DNA of 63,923 nt, the filler included, from Reclinomonas americana ATCC 50394 (taxonomy: Eukaryota): the NCBI GenBank assembly GCA_048213135.1. It is 8 parts of 8 records of this genome, joined end to end, with 100 filler letters (N's around TTAATTAATTAA, not from the genome) between each part and the next. Parts side by side here need not be neighbours in the genome. Positions count along the whole stretch, not along the records: positions 9,461 to 22,512 come from AFZH01017879.1; positions 22,613 to 27,686 come from AFZH01017880.1; 6 more parts are not named here. The stretch is one strand, 5' to 3'. The notes below the pieces were generated by a model. The model worked only from the letters and a program-made list of their open reading frames with translations, did not search any database and was not told where the DNA came from. Below, one piece after another: positions 13,501 to 26,050 of this stretch. The number at the start of each line of letters is the position of its first letter. Within the stretch, counting starts at the first letter, position 1. Both the position numbers and the translations under genes were made by a program.

Positions 13501-16500
13501 ATGGAAAAGGGGACTCTCCTGGAACAGCACGGAGTTGTTGATCCAGTGCCTGTGCGGAAAGCCATGAGGGAGGGAGGGAGGGAGAAAGGAAGGGAGAGAG
13601 AGAGGAAGGGAGAGAGACAAGAAGAGAGATGCATGATGCAAGCAGGCAATCACCTGGTATCGAATCGGCTCGGGCCACGTCTGATTGTAGGCCACAACCG
13701 CTGGTGGGGCATTCAACGGTACCAATATGTTGCATTGTGTGAATGTGGTGTTGTTGATGATTTGGAAGGGAGCACTGAAGCGCTGGACGCCGTCCACAGA
13801 GAAGATGACTTGATACTGTGTGAGGTGTGTGAATAAAAACACACATACAATCTCAGTGATGCGGGGGAGTGAGAGAAAAACACACCACGCCAGTCAAGGC
13901 TGCTGCGATTTGCACATTAACTGGAAGCTCACCCGTCATACTGCAACACTAGCACAGTCAGTAATTATCCGACACACACACAAAAAGCCAGTGAGTACGA
14001 GTGATACCTGGATCGACTTTCCCACGGTCGCTGTGCTCGCAACACAGCCGACGAGTTGGGGAACGGGGAGGAGTCAACGCGTTGCAACGCTAAGAAAACA
14101 CTCTTGCCACCAACACCTGCGAGTAGTTGAATGATTCGTCGGCGACTAGCGTACACATGCACACACAGCGAGAAGGAGAGGAAGAGAGAGAAATGCTGAC
14201 CCTGGGCATTGCTGGTCACTCGGAGAATGGAGAGAAAAGTCGCATCGCTCATGGTCGTCGTGTTGAACGCGACCACACTCGGTGCGTCCACCAGCACTTG
14301 CACATCGGTAATCGATGTGGTGACGTTGATCAGTTGCGACGGCAGCGTGCCCTTGCCCTCGCAAAAGAACGACAGCCGGAATGTACCAGCATCGCCGTAG
14401 GCAGTGAAAGCGAGACCAGAGAACGTGGCCCTGCAGCGCGGTGAGGACGACTTGCGATGTGGACGCCACGACAACACGCCCGCACACATACCGTCCATTG
14501 TGGTCGGTGACTGCGGTGAAGTTCCGCAAACCCTTGTCACTGCTGTAATAGGGCACGGGTAACAACTGAAAGTAGTCGATGCTGCACGGCAGAGAAGAAG
14601 CAGTTGAGTTAAACAAAAAAGAAACGAGAAGGAGGAGGACAGCTTGTGTACCCCTCTGCGAGTGGAAACGAGATGCGAGTGAGACACGGGTCATGAAGGC
14701 GCGCGAGAGGATGTGCACGCAACGAGAAGACGATATCAGAGCAAACACTTTCTTGCCAGGCATGGGATTCTGCTGCGCATCCTGCACCAGAACAATGGGC
14801 TGAACAGCCAGTGGCACACCCTCCACTGCAGACGGCGACGGCTGTTGGAACAGAATGACCGAGCCCACTGCAGCAAGACACAGCGATGAGTGCACTGGGG
14901 CCATACACATAACGCACAGCAAAGATGCTCAGGTCCACCAGTGGTAGTCATCGCCATCGGCTCCGAGTTGTTGATCAGCCAGTCGGAATCCGCGTTCTCC
15001 GACACTGCCAAATCAGTCACATAAGAGAGGAATGGAAAAGGAAGCGAGCCACGGGTGCGGCCGTACCGATGCGCAAGTAGTTGATGGGACTCGAGCTGGC
15101 GGCGAGTGTGACATTGTTGAATGTGACCATGCCGTGCGCGTCCGATGGTCCGCCGCGCGAGTTGATTATGTCAGCTGTGCTGCACGTGAGTCTCCCTTCT
15201 CCTTTACATGTCACGGCGATGGATTACGCAACTGACTACAACTCCAGGGATGCCCATTTGCTGCGACGGCAGCAACACAACATGGGTGTCAAGACGACAG
15301 CGCCGAAGCAAGTCAACTCTTTTTTTTTGCATCACGCTACCTGCGGTTTGGCAGAGGCCACGACAAAGGCGTATGCGCCGGCCACCGGGTTGCCGCTGGC
15401 ATCGAGCAGCTGCACCACTGGCTGGTTGGTGAACGGCGTGCCAAAAGGAATGAAATTGGCTCCGGGACCGCCGCTCGTCAGCACGATTTGTTGCACTGCG
15501 GTGGGAGTTTGTGAGCGGGGACTTGCAAGATGACAACATCAGCATTCCTCACCTGTGGGCGTCACCAGCACTGGACTCGGCGGTAGCTCTACCGAGCCGC
15601 CGCCAAAGTTGATGCCATACGTCGTGCCAATCGCAGCATTGATGTACCAGCCACACCCGCTGGACTCGAAGCGCAGGTCCACAAATCCCGCGTCTCCATT
15701 CTGCACGCAACGCAATCGCAATCTATATGACAGCGCAGGTGGGGCGGTGTGTGAGAAGTCATGAATGTGCGCTCACCAAACCCGTGACTGCGGTGGTGTT
15801 GCCGACCAGGCGAGGGATCGCACACTCAATGTAATTGTAGGCCTCGAATCTGCATCGTGGGTGCGCGTTGGTGCCATGATCTCTCTCCCGACGAGACACA
15901 CGCACGCGCATACGGGGAAGGGTACGCAACGAGTACCGCTCGAGTGCGTCATTCTGACCATACACCTGTGCATACGCTGTCACTGTCGTGCCGGCGACGC
16001 GATTCGTGTCCGTGCCGACGGCCAGAACCTGTGCGCCGCTCAAGTGAGACAGAGAGAATTACGCGCGCAGTGGGTGTGCTTGACGCACCGTCGGCTGCTG
16101 CTGCAGGTTCACATTGTAGTACGCCGTCCGCGAGGGAGTCTGCATCGTGTACACCACCGCCACCTTGGCGGCGGCCAGCGGTTGCCGATTGGGATCCACG
16201 TACACCGAGTGCAGGGCAATGAACAACAGGGAGGTGATGACGGTGGAGAAGATGAGCACGGAGGCTGCTCGGGTTCGAGCGCGGTCGTACACAGCGTCGA
16301 GAAAGACCTATTTTCGCATCATCATCATTTCGTCATCATCATCAATGCATGCGTGATATCGGAGAACACACACAAACACACACGCACCGGCAAGTGAATG
16401 CCCGAGTACGTGCCCGTGCGCGCATCGTACCGTGCTCCGTAGCACTTCCACGAACGGCGGCGCGGTCGGATGCAGCGGTCAATGGCGGCGGAGAGGCCGG

Positions 16501-16753
16501 CGCATCGTCTCTTGTCTTGCGACTCCACGCCCTTCTCGCCCTGGCGGATGGCGCGTACATGTGCCGACGGCAGTCGCACCATGGTGTGCGTGAGACCACT
16601 GGTCATCGACTGCCTGCCGTCATCGTCGTCGTCGCCACGGTCGTCGTCGGCAGTCTCCACGAAGCGCGTGTAGGGAGCGGTGTCTCTCGTGTGTGGAGCC
16701 GCGGCAGTGGGTGCTGCAGAGTCCCCGGGGGGGACAAGCAGTGGAGAGCGCAT
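7590..16753 (-). CDS. Giant membrane protein: N-terminal TM anchor, tandem Ig/invasin-like repeats, C-terminal STRA6/RBP-receptor-like multipass domain (spans gap 9361-9460)
   Basis: C-terminal part has STRA6-family signatures (HRFFLFFDTVYSLVSYVPGLLYSSLRLL, IDFGHAGWLAMVRTAYLHNNPIVNQFCDML, RWFLAVTLLRNPQLRALR). 10450-16200 has repeated F.QQP..G....QP.V...D..GNP..G / TD..G..TF..L units. TM exons at 9700-10380 continue in the same orientation across the gap. Start codon approximate. Confidence 0.75.
9361..9460. other. Assembly gap spacer (44 N + TTAATTAATTAA + 44 N)
   Basis: An identical six-frame-stop linker occurs at seven positions. Confidence 0.98.
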
Positions 16754-17884
16754 GTGCGCCTCGCTGTGAGAGAGTTCGATGTGTGACGGTGATTGTTGGA
16801 TTGATTGGTCAATGGATTGATCAGGCGAGCATGAGCAACAAACAGGGGAAGCGGTGGCAGCCATCGCTACTTGCCAGTAGAGCATGCCGTCGAGAAGGCA
16901 TGCAAGCCCTGTGTTAGAATTCGCGCTGTCGCGTGGATTCGGATCGATATCTGTACGCAGCGAGTCCTCGACCATGCACGCTAAGCGGCGATCTAGACAA
17001 CAGTTAGTTTGTTTGTCGACCAGTACCATGGCGAGCTTGCCTGCATGGTTTGTGCGAATTCGAATTCGTCCGCGCGCGCTGCAGCCGCGGAGCTGCATCC
17101 GTTTTTCAGCCGATCTCCGCAAACATCGAGACTCATGCAGCTGCTGGATATGCTCGGCTACTGAGCCTGCTTCTGCTGCCACCCACATGGGGCCTCTGGA
17201 GACACGACGGCACCAGCAACAATTTTCCGATGTCAAATCCGAACACGGACACAAAACCTCGTCGTCTGCCCCGCGTCGTGTTGACGGTGAAAGCTGCTAC
17301 ATATTATATTGTGTCGGGGAGACCAAGTTGCAGTGTCACTCGGCGATTCAATTAGATTGATGCTTTGCAAAAACTGGCCATCGTCTCACCACGGCCTCTG
17401 CTTTCCCCCGTGACAACTGGGCCCTGCACACCCCCCTCTCGCTCTACCTCGTTCCCGCCGACCTCCATTTCCATCCGGGCCCGCCAGGCCCCCACGGTCA
17501 GAGGGAGCCGCGCATTCCATGTGCAGTCAGAAAATCGCCGGAATTTGAGCGGAAAGTTGCACCTCGCGTGCTTCATGTTCGAATTTCCTGTGCGTGCCGA
17601 CTTGACACACAGCTCTCACACACGCCACGGCAGTTTTCCAACACACACACACGCACACATACATCACCTTCAAAAACAGCACCGGCGTGTGTGCGGGTGT
17701 TTGGTCGAGTCGCGCGCGCCAAAAGTCGCGAGCATCGCGCAAGTGTCCGACCATTGCAGTTTTTTTGATTGTGCGTTGAGAGAAGACCACTCGTCATCAT
17801 CAATTCACCCGTCATCATCTCATCATCATCATCATCAACATCCGCATCACCAACCACCTCCCCTTGCGCGCCAAAAAAAGCATC

Positions 17885-18556
17885 ATGACTGCCTACGCCA
17901 ACTCGATGGACTTGCTCGGTACGTGTCCATTCTTGTGTGTCCCGAGTGTGCAGCGTCCCAATTCGCACCCCTCACTCTCCTCTCTCTTGCCCTCCCTCTC
18001 TCCTCGCACAGACACCCAGGAAATGTCGGCACACACCGAGTCGGCGCTCTACGCCGCCCTCCGCCCACTCGTCCTGTCGACCTCGACTCGGCGAAGACCA
18101 GTGGTAGCGGCGTCTTCGTCGTCACGGCGCAGCCGCCACCACCACGTTGTTGTGCCGCGTCCCCCGTGCAACTCACCTGTGCCGGGCGACGATCTGTCGG
18201 TGGCTGCCGCCGCCGCCCGTGTTGTGTTCCCCACGGTGGAGGATCTGGCCGAGGCACTCCTGGCACACTTGTCCGTGGCCGGAATCACGCCACCACCCAA
18301 CACGCCACTGTCGCCGCCGACGGCGACTGCTGATGCCCACACTGCGTCATCATCATCGTCGTCGTCTTCGTCGCTGTCCATCTTCCCGTGTGCGGTGCCG
18401 TGTGACACGCCACCGACCGCCGCTGCAGTGGTGTCGCCGATTGCCATTTCACCCTCGTCCAAACTGACGGCAGTTGGGGACGAGTCGGCGGCCGTGGCCT
18501 CGTCGCCCCCAGCCGTTCGCATGTCGACCTTGACGGTGGCACCGCGTGCGGCATGA
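17885..18556 (+). CDS. Hypothetical Ser/Pro/Ala-rich protein, 2 exons
   Basis: ATG at 17885; intron G|gtacgt...gcacag|AC; open frame to TGA at 18556; no recognisable domain. Confidence 0.5.
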   Translation: MTAYANSMDLLGTCPFLCVPSVQRPNSHPSLSSLLPSLSPRTDTQEMSAHTESALYAALRPLVLSTSTRRRPVVAASSSSRRSRHHHVVVPRPPCNSPVPGDDLSVAAAAARVVFPTVEDLAEALLAHLSVAGITPPPNTPLSPPTATADAHTASSSSSSSSSLSIFPCAVPCDTPPTAAAVVSPIAISPSSKLTAVGDESAAVASSPPAVRMSTLTVAPRAA

Positions 18557-18756
18557 TCTTTTTGTGCCTTCTTTTTTGTATCTATATATGTTATTTGTGT
18601 CTATCAGCTGTTTAAGAGAGGTGGAAAGAGAGCGAGAGGGACGCCTGTGTACGAGTAGCCATGCATGGGAGTGAAACTGCATTGTTAACCATCACCATCG
18701 TCATCCAAGTCACAATCGACGACAACACGACGACAACACGACTATGGTACCAACAA

Positions 18757-20410
18757 CTACTTATGACTCAGCAGCTGATCCACTACGGCCTGTGCCTTGG
18801 CGGCGCTAATGCCACAGTGAATGCGAACGAAGCCAGTGTTCTTCGGCTCGTTACCCCAGAACATACTGCCGGGACACACGCCGACGCCCTTTTCGAGAGC
18901 AGCAATGGTCGCCGCCATGTCCGACTCACGGTGGTGGCGGAACATGCCGTACATGGTTCCCTCTGTCAGAGGAGAGAAGGATGAGTAGGATGAAAGGAGA
19001 CTGACAGAAAGATAGCCATACAGACACGTACCAGGCTCAATGGGCTCCCATCCGAGAGCCTCGGCAAACGCCGGTGCCATCAGCTGCCAGTTGGCACGCA
19101 TCAAGGCGCCGACAGACGTCGCATGTGCCTCCATGTCGTCGAGGTGCTCCAGGAGGTACTCACCAAAGGGGATCTGCAGCCACGGCAAGCAAATGTAGAT
19201 CGGGTCGGCCACGCGGAGAATCTGCACCGCACCACAGTCAGCCTCGTTGCGACATCGACATCAAGCGAAAAACAAAAACCTTGGTAATGGTCTCGGGATG
19301 CGAGATTAGGAACCCCACGCGCCATGATTGCACCGAGAGGCACTTGGAGAAACCGCGCGCCACCACCACATTGCGCGGCGGCATCTCCTCCTCCGAAGCG
19401 CCCTTGATGGCGCACGTGTGAGAGTGTCCGTCCCACACCAGATCGGCGTAGCACTCGTCCGCAATAATCAGGCAGTCGTAGGCGCTGCAGAGGGTCACCA
19501 GACGATCGATCTCGTCCTCGCGCCACACTCGGCACGCCGGATTGCTCGGATTGCAGTAGATCAGCACCTGCAAGCCGGCCTTCAGCTCCGTCTCGATGCG
19601 CTCAAAGTCCGGTGCAAAGTCGGCCGTCGACGGCAGGTAGATCGGGTCGGCGCCAAACACGCCGCGGATCTGCAGCAAGTGGTACGTGTAGAATGGCTCC
19701 ACCAGGCTTGCCGCGGAGAGCACGGTGAGGCACAGAGAGAGAATCGAGATTTCGTCTTGGTTCACGTACCCGACGCGCGTCTTGCCCTCGGACTTGGCAT
19801 ACAGCATGGCCGACACGCATCCGCCAGCCACACCCTGCGCGCCACACACCGACTTGCGCGGTAGACGCATGCCGTAGCGCTCGCGCAGCATGTGCAGCAC
19901 TCCCTGCAGGTACACCTCGTCGCCGGTACGCGGCCGGTACTGATGAACTGCGTGCCCCGCCACCCCCCCACCTGCAGTGAGCACACAGACACGAGCAGCT
20001 GTGAACACAGACGCAACGAGCATCGCGCAGGCAAGCCTCTGCGCGCGAGTGGTCAGTGAGTGCAGCAGTCGCCTGGGAGTGATGGATCAGTGCACTCACC
20101 GCCAGCCAACTGCCGCAGCAGCTTTGGTGGAGGCAGCTCAATGATGCCTTGCGCCACACTCGGCAGTCCCTGTGTGCACACGCGCGCGCGTGAGTGAACA
20201 TCTCCCGCTCTGTCTCTGTCTCTGTCCCCCTCACCTGCGCCGCACACCAGTCGTTGATGTCGCGCATCTACAGGTGCATGCACGTGTGTGTGAGAGAGTG
20301 GCAGAGTGGGGGGGGCACGCAGATAAGACACTCACTGTCGGGGAGGGCGGGAGCGTGGACAAGTCGAGCGCGCGCTTTTCCGACGTGGGTTCACCTGATG
20401 CCGAGGACAT
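18757..20410 (-). CDS. PLP-dependent aminotransferase class I/II
   Basis: Motifs YCNPSNPACRV, IIADECYADL, RGFSKCLSVQSWRVGF (PLP lysine), GVCPGSMF..GFVRIHC; several introns. Confidence 0.9.
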
Positions 20411-20631
20411 GGTGTGTGGCTGCAATGAAGAGTACGAGTGTGTGAAAGAGAGAGAGAGAGAGAGACAGGAAGAAAGCGGAGGGAAATGGGCGCACAATGC
20501 ACGCTTATGATATCAATGTGGGACACCGCGCGGACACACTCTATCTCTCCGTCTGTCTCTCTCACACACACGCACACACTGTCTGTCAGAGTGTGCGCGT
20601 GTCTTTGTGTGCGCATCCACACACACACATC

Positions 20632-22167
20632 ATGCGCAAGACCGCAGTGAGTGGCAATCATGCACTTGCACAGCGTGCAAGTCACGCGCGTCACACTCCT
20701 GCTCCTCCTCCTTCATCATCCTCTTCTTCCCCCACTGCATCAACTGCAACTGCAACTGAGGACGGTGCTCTGCAGCACTCACGTGCACCGCGTGTGCATG
20801 TGGTGCCGCGCGAGGCCCTCTCGCTGAGCATGTGGCTGCGTCCCACTGTGTGGTGGCTGGTGACGCGCGTGGTGGCGCTCGCCTGTGTGTACTTTGCCGT
20901 GATGTTCAGGTAAATCCCCTTCATTGTCATTTTCTCATTCTCTCTTGTCCTTGTGCATGACAATGACGACACCAACGACACAGTTTGCGGTATGTGGCCT
21001 CACGCGCGGCAATCGCTGGTGATGTGGCTTCCGTGGCATCGTGGCTGGAGTCGAGCAGCTGTGAGTATCTGTGGCCGGATCCGTGCGGAGGCATGTTGTA
21101 CTGGGCGGCGGCGATGAATCAGTCGCAGGTGATGGAGTTGTTGATTGATCAACTGCCGGCCGACGACCTGGCCGAGCGCCTCGACGCCGCCATGATCTAC
21201 GCCGGCTCGCATGGTGACCCGGCCACTGCGCTGGCTCTCATGGCGTATCTGCCGGAATCGGAGTGGGCGACTCGTGTCGACGACTACGGCAACACGTCGA
21301 TCATGTGGGCCATCCGGGCGCAGCAAACCGAGTTGGCGATCAAGCTGATTCGAAAGGCACCGCTGCCGGTGCTGTCGTCTCAGTGCCCGCACCGCTACGC
21401 CGCCATGCATCTTGCGGCGTTCTACGGTCTCGCCACGGTGCTCGACGCCCTGCTGGAGTACCAACCGGCGCCGTATGTGGGCGCCGGAACGTACGAGGGC
21501 GAGACGGTGCTGATGCACGCCTCGTATCGTGGCCACACAGCGATTGTGGAGCGGCTGCTGACGCTGCTGCGTGTGCCAATGGATATCGTGTCAAACACCG
21601 CCACCGGTCACACGGCGTTGCTGCTGGCCACGGCCGCTGGACATGCCGACATTGCATTGGCGCTGATCGATCGCACTCCCGTGATGGATCTCATCTACAC
21701 CAACATGGAGCTGAACTCGCCCGCGATTCTGGCCGCCGCCCGTGGCGACGTGGTGATTATGCGTCGTCTGCTGGAGCGCATCACACCCGAAATCATCGGC
21801 TTGCCCAACTCGAGCGGCAACACCGCCCTCATGGAGGCACTGGAGTCGCGACACATGGAGGTGGCGCACATGCTGGCCGACATGTGGCCCGGCGAGGTGC
21901 TGCGACAGATCTCCGTCAGGGGCGAGACGGCACTGTCACTGGCCGTGGCCACCGGCGACGTGGCCATGGTCATCAAGTTGTGCGAGAAGCGGGCTGCGGT
22001 GCCGCGTCACGTTGCGTGTGGAGGTAGGGGTTGCGCACAGAGTGAGAGGCACAGGCTGATTCATGTGTTTTTTTTCTGTGCAGTATGGCGAACCGCTGCC
22101 ACCGTTTGTGGAGGAGTTCCTCCTGAAGCACGCGGCGCAGCTGTTTGTCAGTGTGGAGACGACTTGA
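20632..22167 (+). CDS. Ankyrin-repeat protein with N-terminal transmembrane segment
   Basis: Exon 1 has WWLVTRVVALACVYFAVMF. The large exon has about 8 ANK repeats (GNTSIMWAIRA, GETVLMHASYRGHTAIVERLL, GHTALLLATAAGH, GNTALMEALESRH, GETALSLAVATG). Last exon ends at TGA 22165-22167. Confidence 0.85.
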
Positions 22168-22323
22168 AGAAAAGGGCAAGGGCGGGACCATCACGTATCC
22201 GTAGAGACGCACTTACACTGATCGCAGTGAAGGAGGGAGCACCAGCAGAACAGCACCGTTCGTAAAAGAGGCATTCATTTGAGGGGTTGAGGGGGGGGGG
22301 GTGGATAAAGGAAAAATTGACGC

Positions 22324-22870
22324 CTAGGCCTGTGCCGGGTGCGGTGCCACGAGAGCCACACCTGCAATGCCCGCGTGCACGATTGTGCGCACCAACATGG
22401 CCAGCGGCACCACGAGCGTGTAATCGCCATAGCCCATCTCATAACTGCGTCGCTCGCGCGTTTTAGAGGCAGAAGTAAGAGTAAAAGCCGACAATGAGTC
22501 ACGCAACATGCTNNNNNNNNNNNNNNNNNNNNNNNNNNNNNNNNNNNNNNNNNNNNTTAATTAATTAANNNNNNNNNNNNNNNNNNNNNNNNNNNNNNNN
22601 NNNNNNNNNNNNGGCACGCCGAAAACACGTGAGTGAGTATGCATGCATGCATGAAAACCAAACACGACGCAGCGGGTGCAAACGAAACGCGAAGAAGGCG
22701 ATTGGTCGCTCGCGAGAAGCACAGGAGCACACCCGCGGCCAGGCAGATCGCGCTGCACAATGGTCAGAGCGATGCAAGGAGACAAAAGAAGCAAGAGAAG
22801 AAGATGCGCGCACCCTGCCACGCGAAGAATGAAGCCGCCAATGCGAGTCTCCTGTGTGCATCAACGACGA

Positions 22871-22915
<45 letters not shown>

Positions 22916-23124
22916 CAGGAAGACTCTCAGTGGTCAGTACGTGCATGCACACAGACCTCGACGGAGAGCTGTTCCCCCAGCACCTGCACATCAGCATTCA
23001 GCCAGCCATAAGCTGCACATGCACATATGAGACAAGAGAAGAGGAATAGGGAGAAGAGAAGGGGCTCACCGCCAAGAAGGAAGAAGACGCCACTGAGCCG
23101 CACGACCTGCGCGATGTAATTCAT
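22324..23124 (-). CDS. Small multipass membrane protein of unknown function (spans gap 22513-22612)
   Basis: Spliced MNYIAQVVRLSGVFFLLGAYGWL..GGFILRVAGAICLAAGVLLCF; after the gap YEMGYGDYTLVVPLAMLVRTIVHAGIAGVALVA then stop. Confidence 0.55.
22513..22612. other. Assembly gap spacer
   Basis: N44-TTAATTAATTAA-N44. Confidence 0.98.
22873..22912. repeat. (GT)n microsatellite inside an intron
   Basis: About 20 perfect GT units; similar CA/GT/GA tracts occur in many introns. Confidence 0.9.
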
Positions 23125-23319
23125 GTTAAAATGAACAAGTCGATGTCGATGTCGACCGTCGACTCGACAGATCGACGCACGCACACACACACCGACTGAT
23201 CGCGCAGGCAGAGAGAGGTGAGACAGCACACTCACGCGTCCACGATGCACACGCGCACGTCTGCACGACATGTCGACTCACACACACACACCCGCACTTT
23301 CTCTTTCTCTCGCAGACGG

Positions 23320-25967
23320 ATGAGCGACGAGCACCAGCAAGTGTTGCACATTCTGCGGCACCCGCTGCAAGTGATAGACGCGTCCTTTGAGGAGATGGTG
23401 AGCAGTGGGGAGGAGCAGGACGCTGCTGCGTGTGAGCAGGTGTGTGCGCAGGCGCGAGAGAGTGTCGATGCGTCGGGCACGTTTCGACCAGCCGCTGTGG
23501 GCGAAGACGCCGTGCTGCAAGTGATTCACGATGAGTCGGTCTATGCCAGAGTTGCGATCAACAACAACACATGGAGATCGATCACACATTCTTTCTCACT
23601 CTCCCCGCACAGATTCCGCTGTTGAATGCGTGCCGACAGCGTGATCTGGTCGACGGGTGCATTGTGCGGTACCGGTGCATGGTGCAAGACATGTGGGATC
23701 CGGAGCTGTACGTTGGCACGTTTGTGTTGCATCACGCGGCAAGTGGAGCTGTGCGTGTTGTCCATCACAAGTACCGCGATGCGCTCGATGTGCCTGTGCG
23801 TGACTGTCCCACCTTTCCTTGTGTGCATGTGCCATCTCACTGCGTCGTGCGCCAGCCTGGATGTGACATTGACACTGATTTCACCAATCCGCTGGTGGTG
23901 ACGGCACCGCGACGATCATAGTTGCGACGCAGCAGTGTTCTTTCCCTCCCATCTGCCGTCCTTCTCATGTTTGTTTTTGTTGGCAGTTATGCGGTGCCGG
24001 TGCCGGGTCTCACCGAGTGGGCGCTGGCCTCGCAGCAGGAGGAGAATCGCGCGAATTGCTACGGATGGGGCGAGGATGTGTTTGTGGTGATGGACGACGA
24101 GAGGCAGAGGCGGAAGCGACGGGCGGTGGCCGACGAATCCGATCCGCTTGATGTGCGACTGGCTTCGGGTGCCGCGGCTGCGCAGGCGGAGAGCGACATG
24201 GCACGTGAGGGTGGTGCGCCGTCGAAGCGCAAGCGTCGACGGGGTGGTGACGACGAGGTAGATGACGACGACGACGACGATGGTGAGGAAGGAGGCGCGA
24301 GAGGGCGCATGATGGACGACGGTGACGGCGGTGAGGGAGAGGAGGATGAGCATGGCGACGACGGGGAACGTCGCAGTCGCGCAGGCCCATCGCGCTCGTC
24401 GGCGTCGTCCGGCACCGCTGCTGCGGCTGCGGCTCCCGGTGCACGGGTTCCGGTGGCGCAGATTGGCAATCGCAATCTGCCGCTGGCCTCTGCCGACCGA
24501 GCGCCTCCGTGTGTGCTGCATGTTGCGCGTGGGCGTGTTGTCGCGTTTTGCTCCGGAGCGTTGACTGAGAGAAAGAGGGTGTGCGACAGATTTACGACGA
24601 GGAGACCTCGGTGGAGAGCATGTTCAAGATCTGCGACGTGATTGAGGTGGTCGGCATTCTCGCCGTGGACGGCATCAGCGATGACCTGGTGTACACAGAC
24701 GAGTTGCGTGCAGTCGATCTCCTTGTGGTGTTGGCTTCCTTGTTGACGACGAGTGTGTGGTTCTCGTGCGCAGAGGTGCACTGATGAGCGAGTTCCCCGA
24801 AGATGTGGCCGCACACCACCCGCCGCACGCCTTTGTTCCGCGCATTCACGTGCTCGCACACCGCCCGTTGCCGACGCTGATCTCGCCGATGGCACTCTCG
24901 GCTCCCTCCATTCCCGCGGCGCTCGGCGAAGTGCGTGAACACCTGATAGACTTTCTCGCGTTCCACTTGGGCGGCGATCGGCTGGCCGCCACGTACTTGC
25001 TGCTCAACTTGATCTCCAGAGTGTTGCGTACATGTGCACATGCACAGAAGCGTATTGCTTTGTCTCACCGTCTGTCGTGTTGCTTGTGCAGAGAGGATCG
25101 TCGGTACGATCAGCCACTCGGCACATTTGCCTTGTCACTGGGCATGCTGTCGAGCGCCGACGTGGAGCGCCTTGTGCAGTGCGTGATTGCACCGCTGTTG
25201 CCGGCGTTGCATGTGGTTCGCTGCTCGCCCGAGGCTCTCGGTGCCGCGTCGATGGTGCCGTGGAAGGACCTCACCGAAAATCGCTTGAAGGCCGGCGCAC
25301 TGCAGCTGTGTGCTGGCACGCATCTGTGTGTGGACGAGACGGTGTTGCGCGAGGGCGCCGTGGGCGAGGTGGCAGCGCGCAACATGCAGGCGCTCCGCTC
25401 CGTCGCCGATCAGCAGACCCTCGAATACGATCTGGGCTTCTCACCGAAGACATTCTACACCGACATGCCAGTGCTGGCGTTCACCACACACCGCAAGTCG
25501 ATTCTCGATGTCTGTTCTCTTTGATTCCCTCCATCGTTGCACGATTGCTCACTGCGGTTTTGTGGTAGATTCGCTGCTGCGTGCCTCTCGCCGGTCGCGT
25601 CGCGCACGGCGGTGACATGACTCCATTCGACGTCAACATTCCCGATTTCCGCGCCTACATTGCTCACGTGCGCACGCTGCGTGCACGACTCGACGAGGCC
25701 ACGTCGGAACTCGTGCAGACGGACTATGCGCGGTTGCGCAGCGACGGATCGCATGGCAACGTCGATCAGGTATGTGTGTCTCTCGCTCTGTGTGCGTGTG
25801 AGGGGTGTGCTGCTCACTTGCATATTTTTGTCGTGCAGTTCAAACTGAGCATGTGGCTGGACGCGGCCAAACTGCTGGCGGCGAGCTACGGCGAAGAGGT
25901 GGTAACGGCGGAGCGATGGAGTGCAGTGCTGGGCGCTGAGCGCGATCGCTTGGATCGACTGCGATAG
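23320..25967 (+). CDS. MCMBP: Mini-chromosome maintenance complex-binding protein
   Basis: Motifs IVRYRCMVQDMWDPELYVG, ICDVIEVVGIL, VPRIHVL, LGGDRLAATYLLLNLISRV, PWKDLTENRLKAGALQL..GTHLCVDETVLREG. Eight introns of 59-71 nt: 23551-23612, 23796-23855, 23921-23986, 24522-24589, 24703-24773, 25023-25091, 25510-25568, 25770-25838. Confidence 0.93.
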
Positions 25968-26050
25968 ACCAATAATCCTTCAACAATCAACAACAACAAA
26001 CCAATGCAACACCATTTTTAATTCCACTCATCCACCACCATGGCAGCGCG

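Noticed and set aside
24070..24450. Acidic low-complexity insertion in MCMBP
   Set aside because: MCMBP orthologs normally have a variable disordered region at this position.
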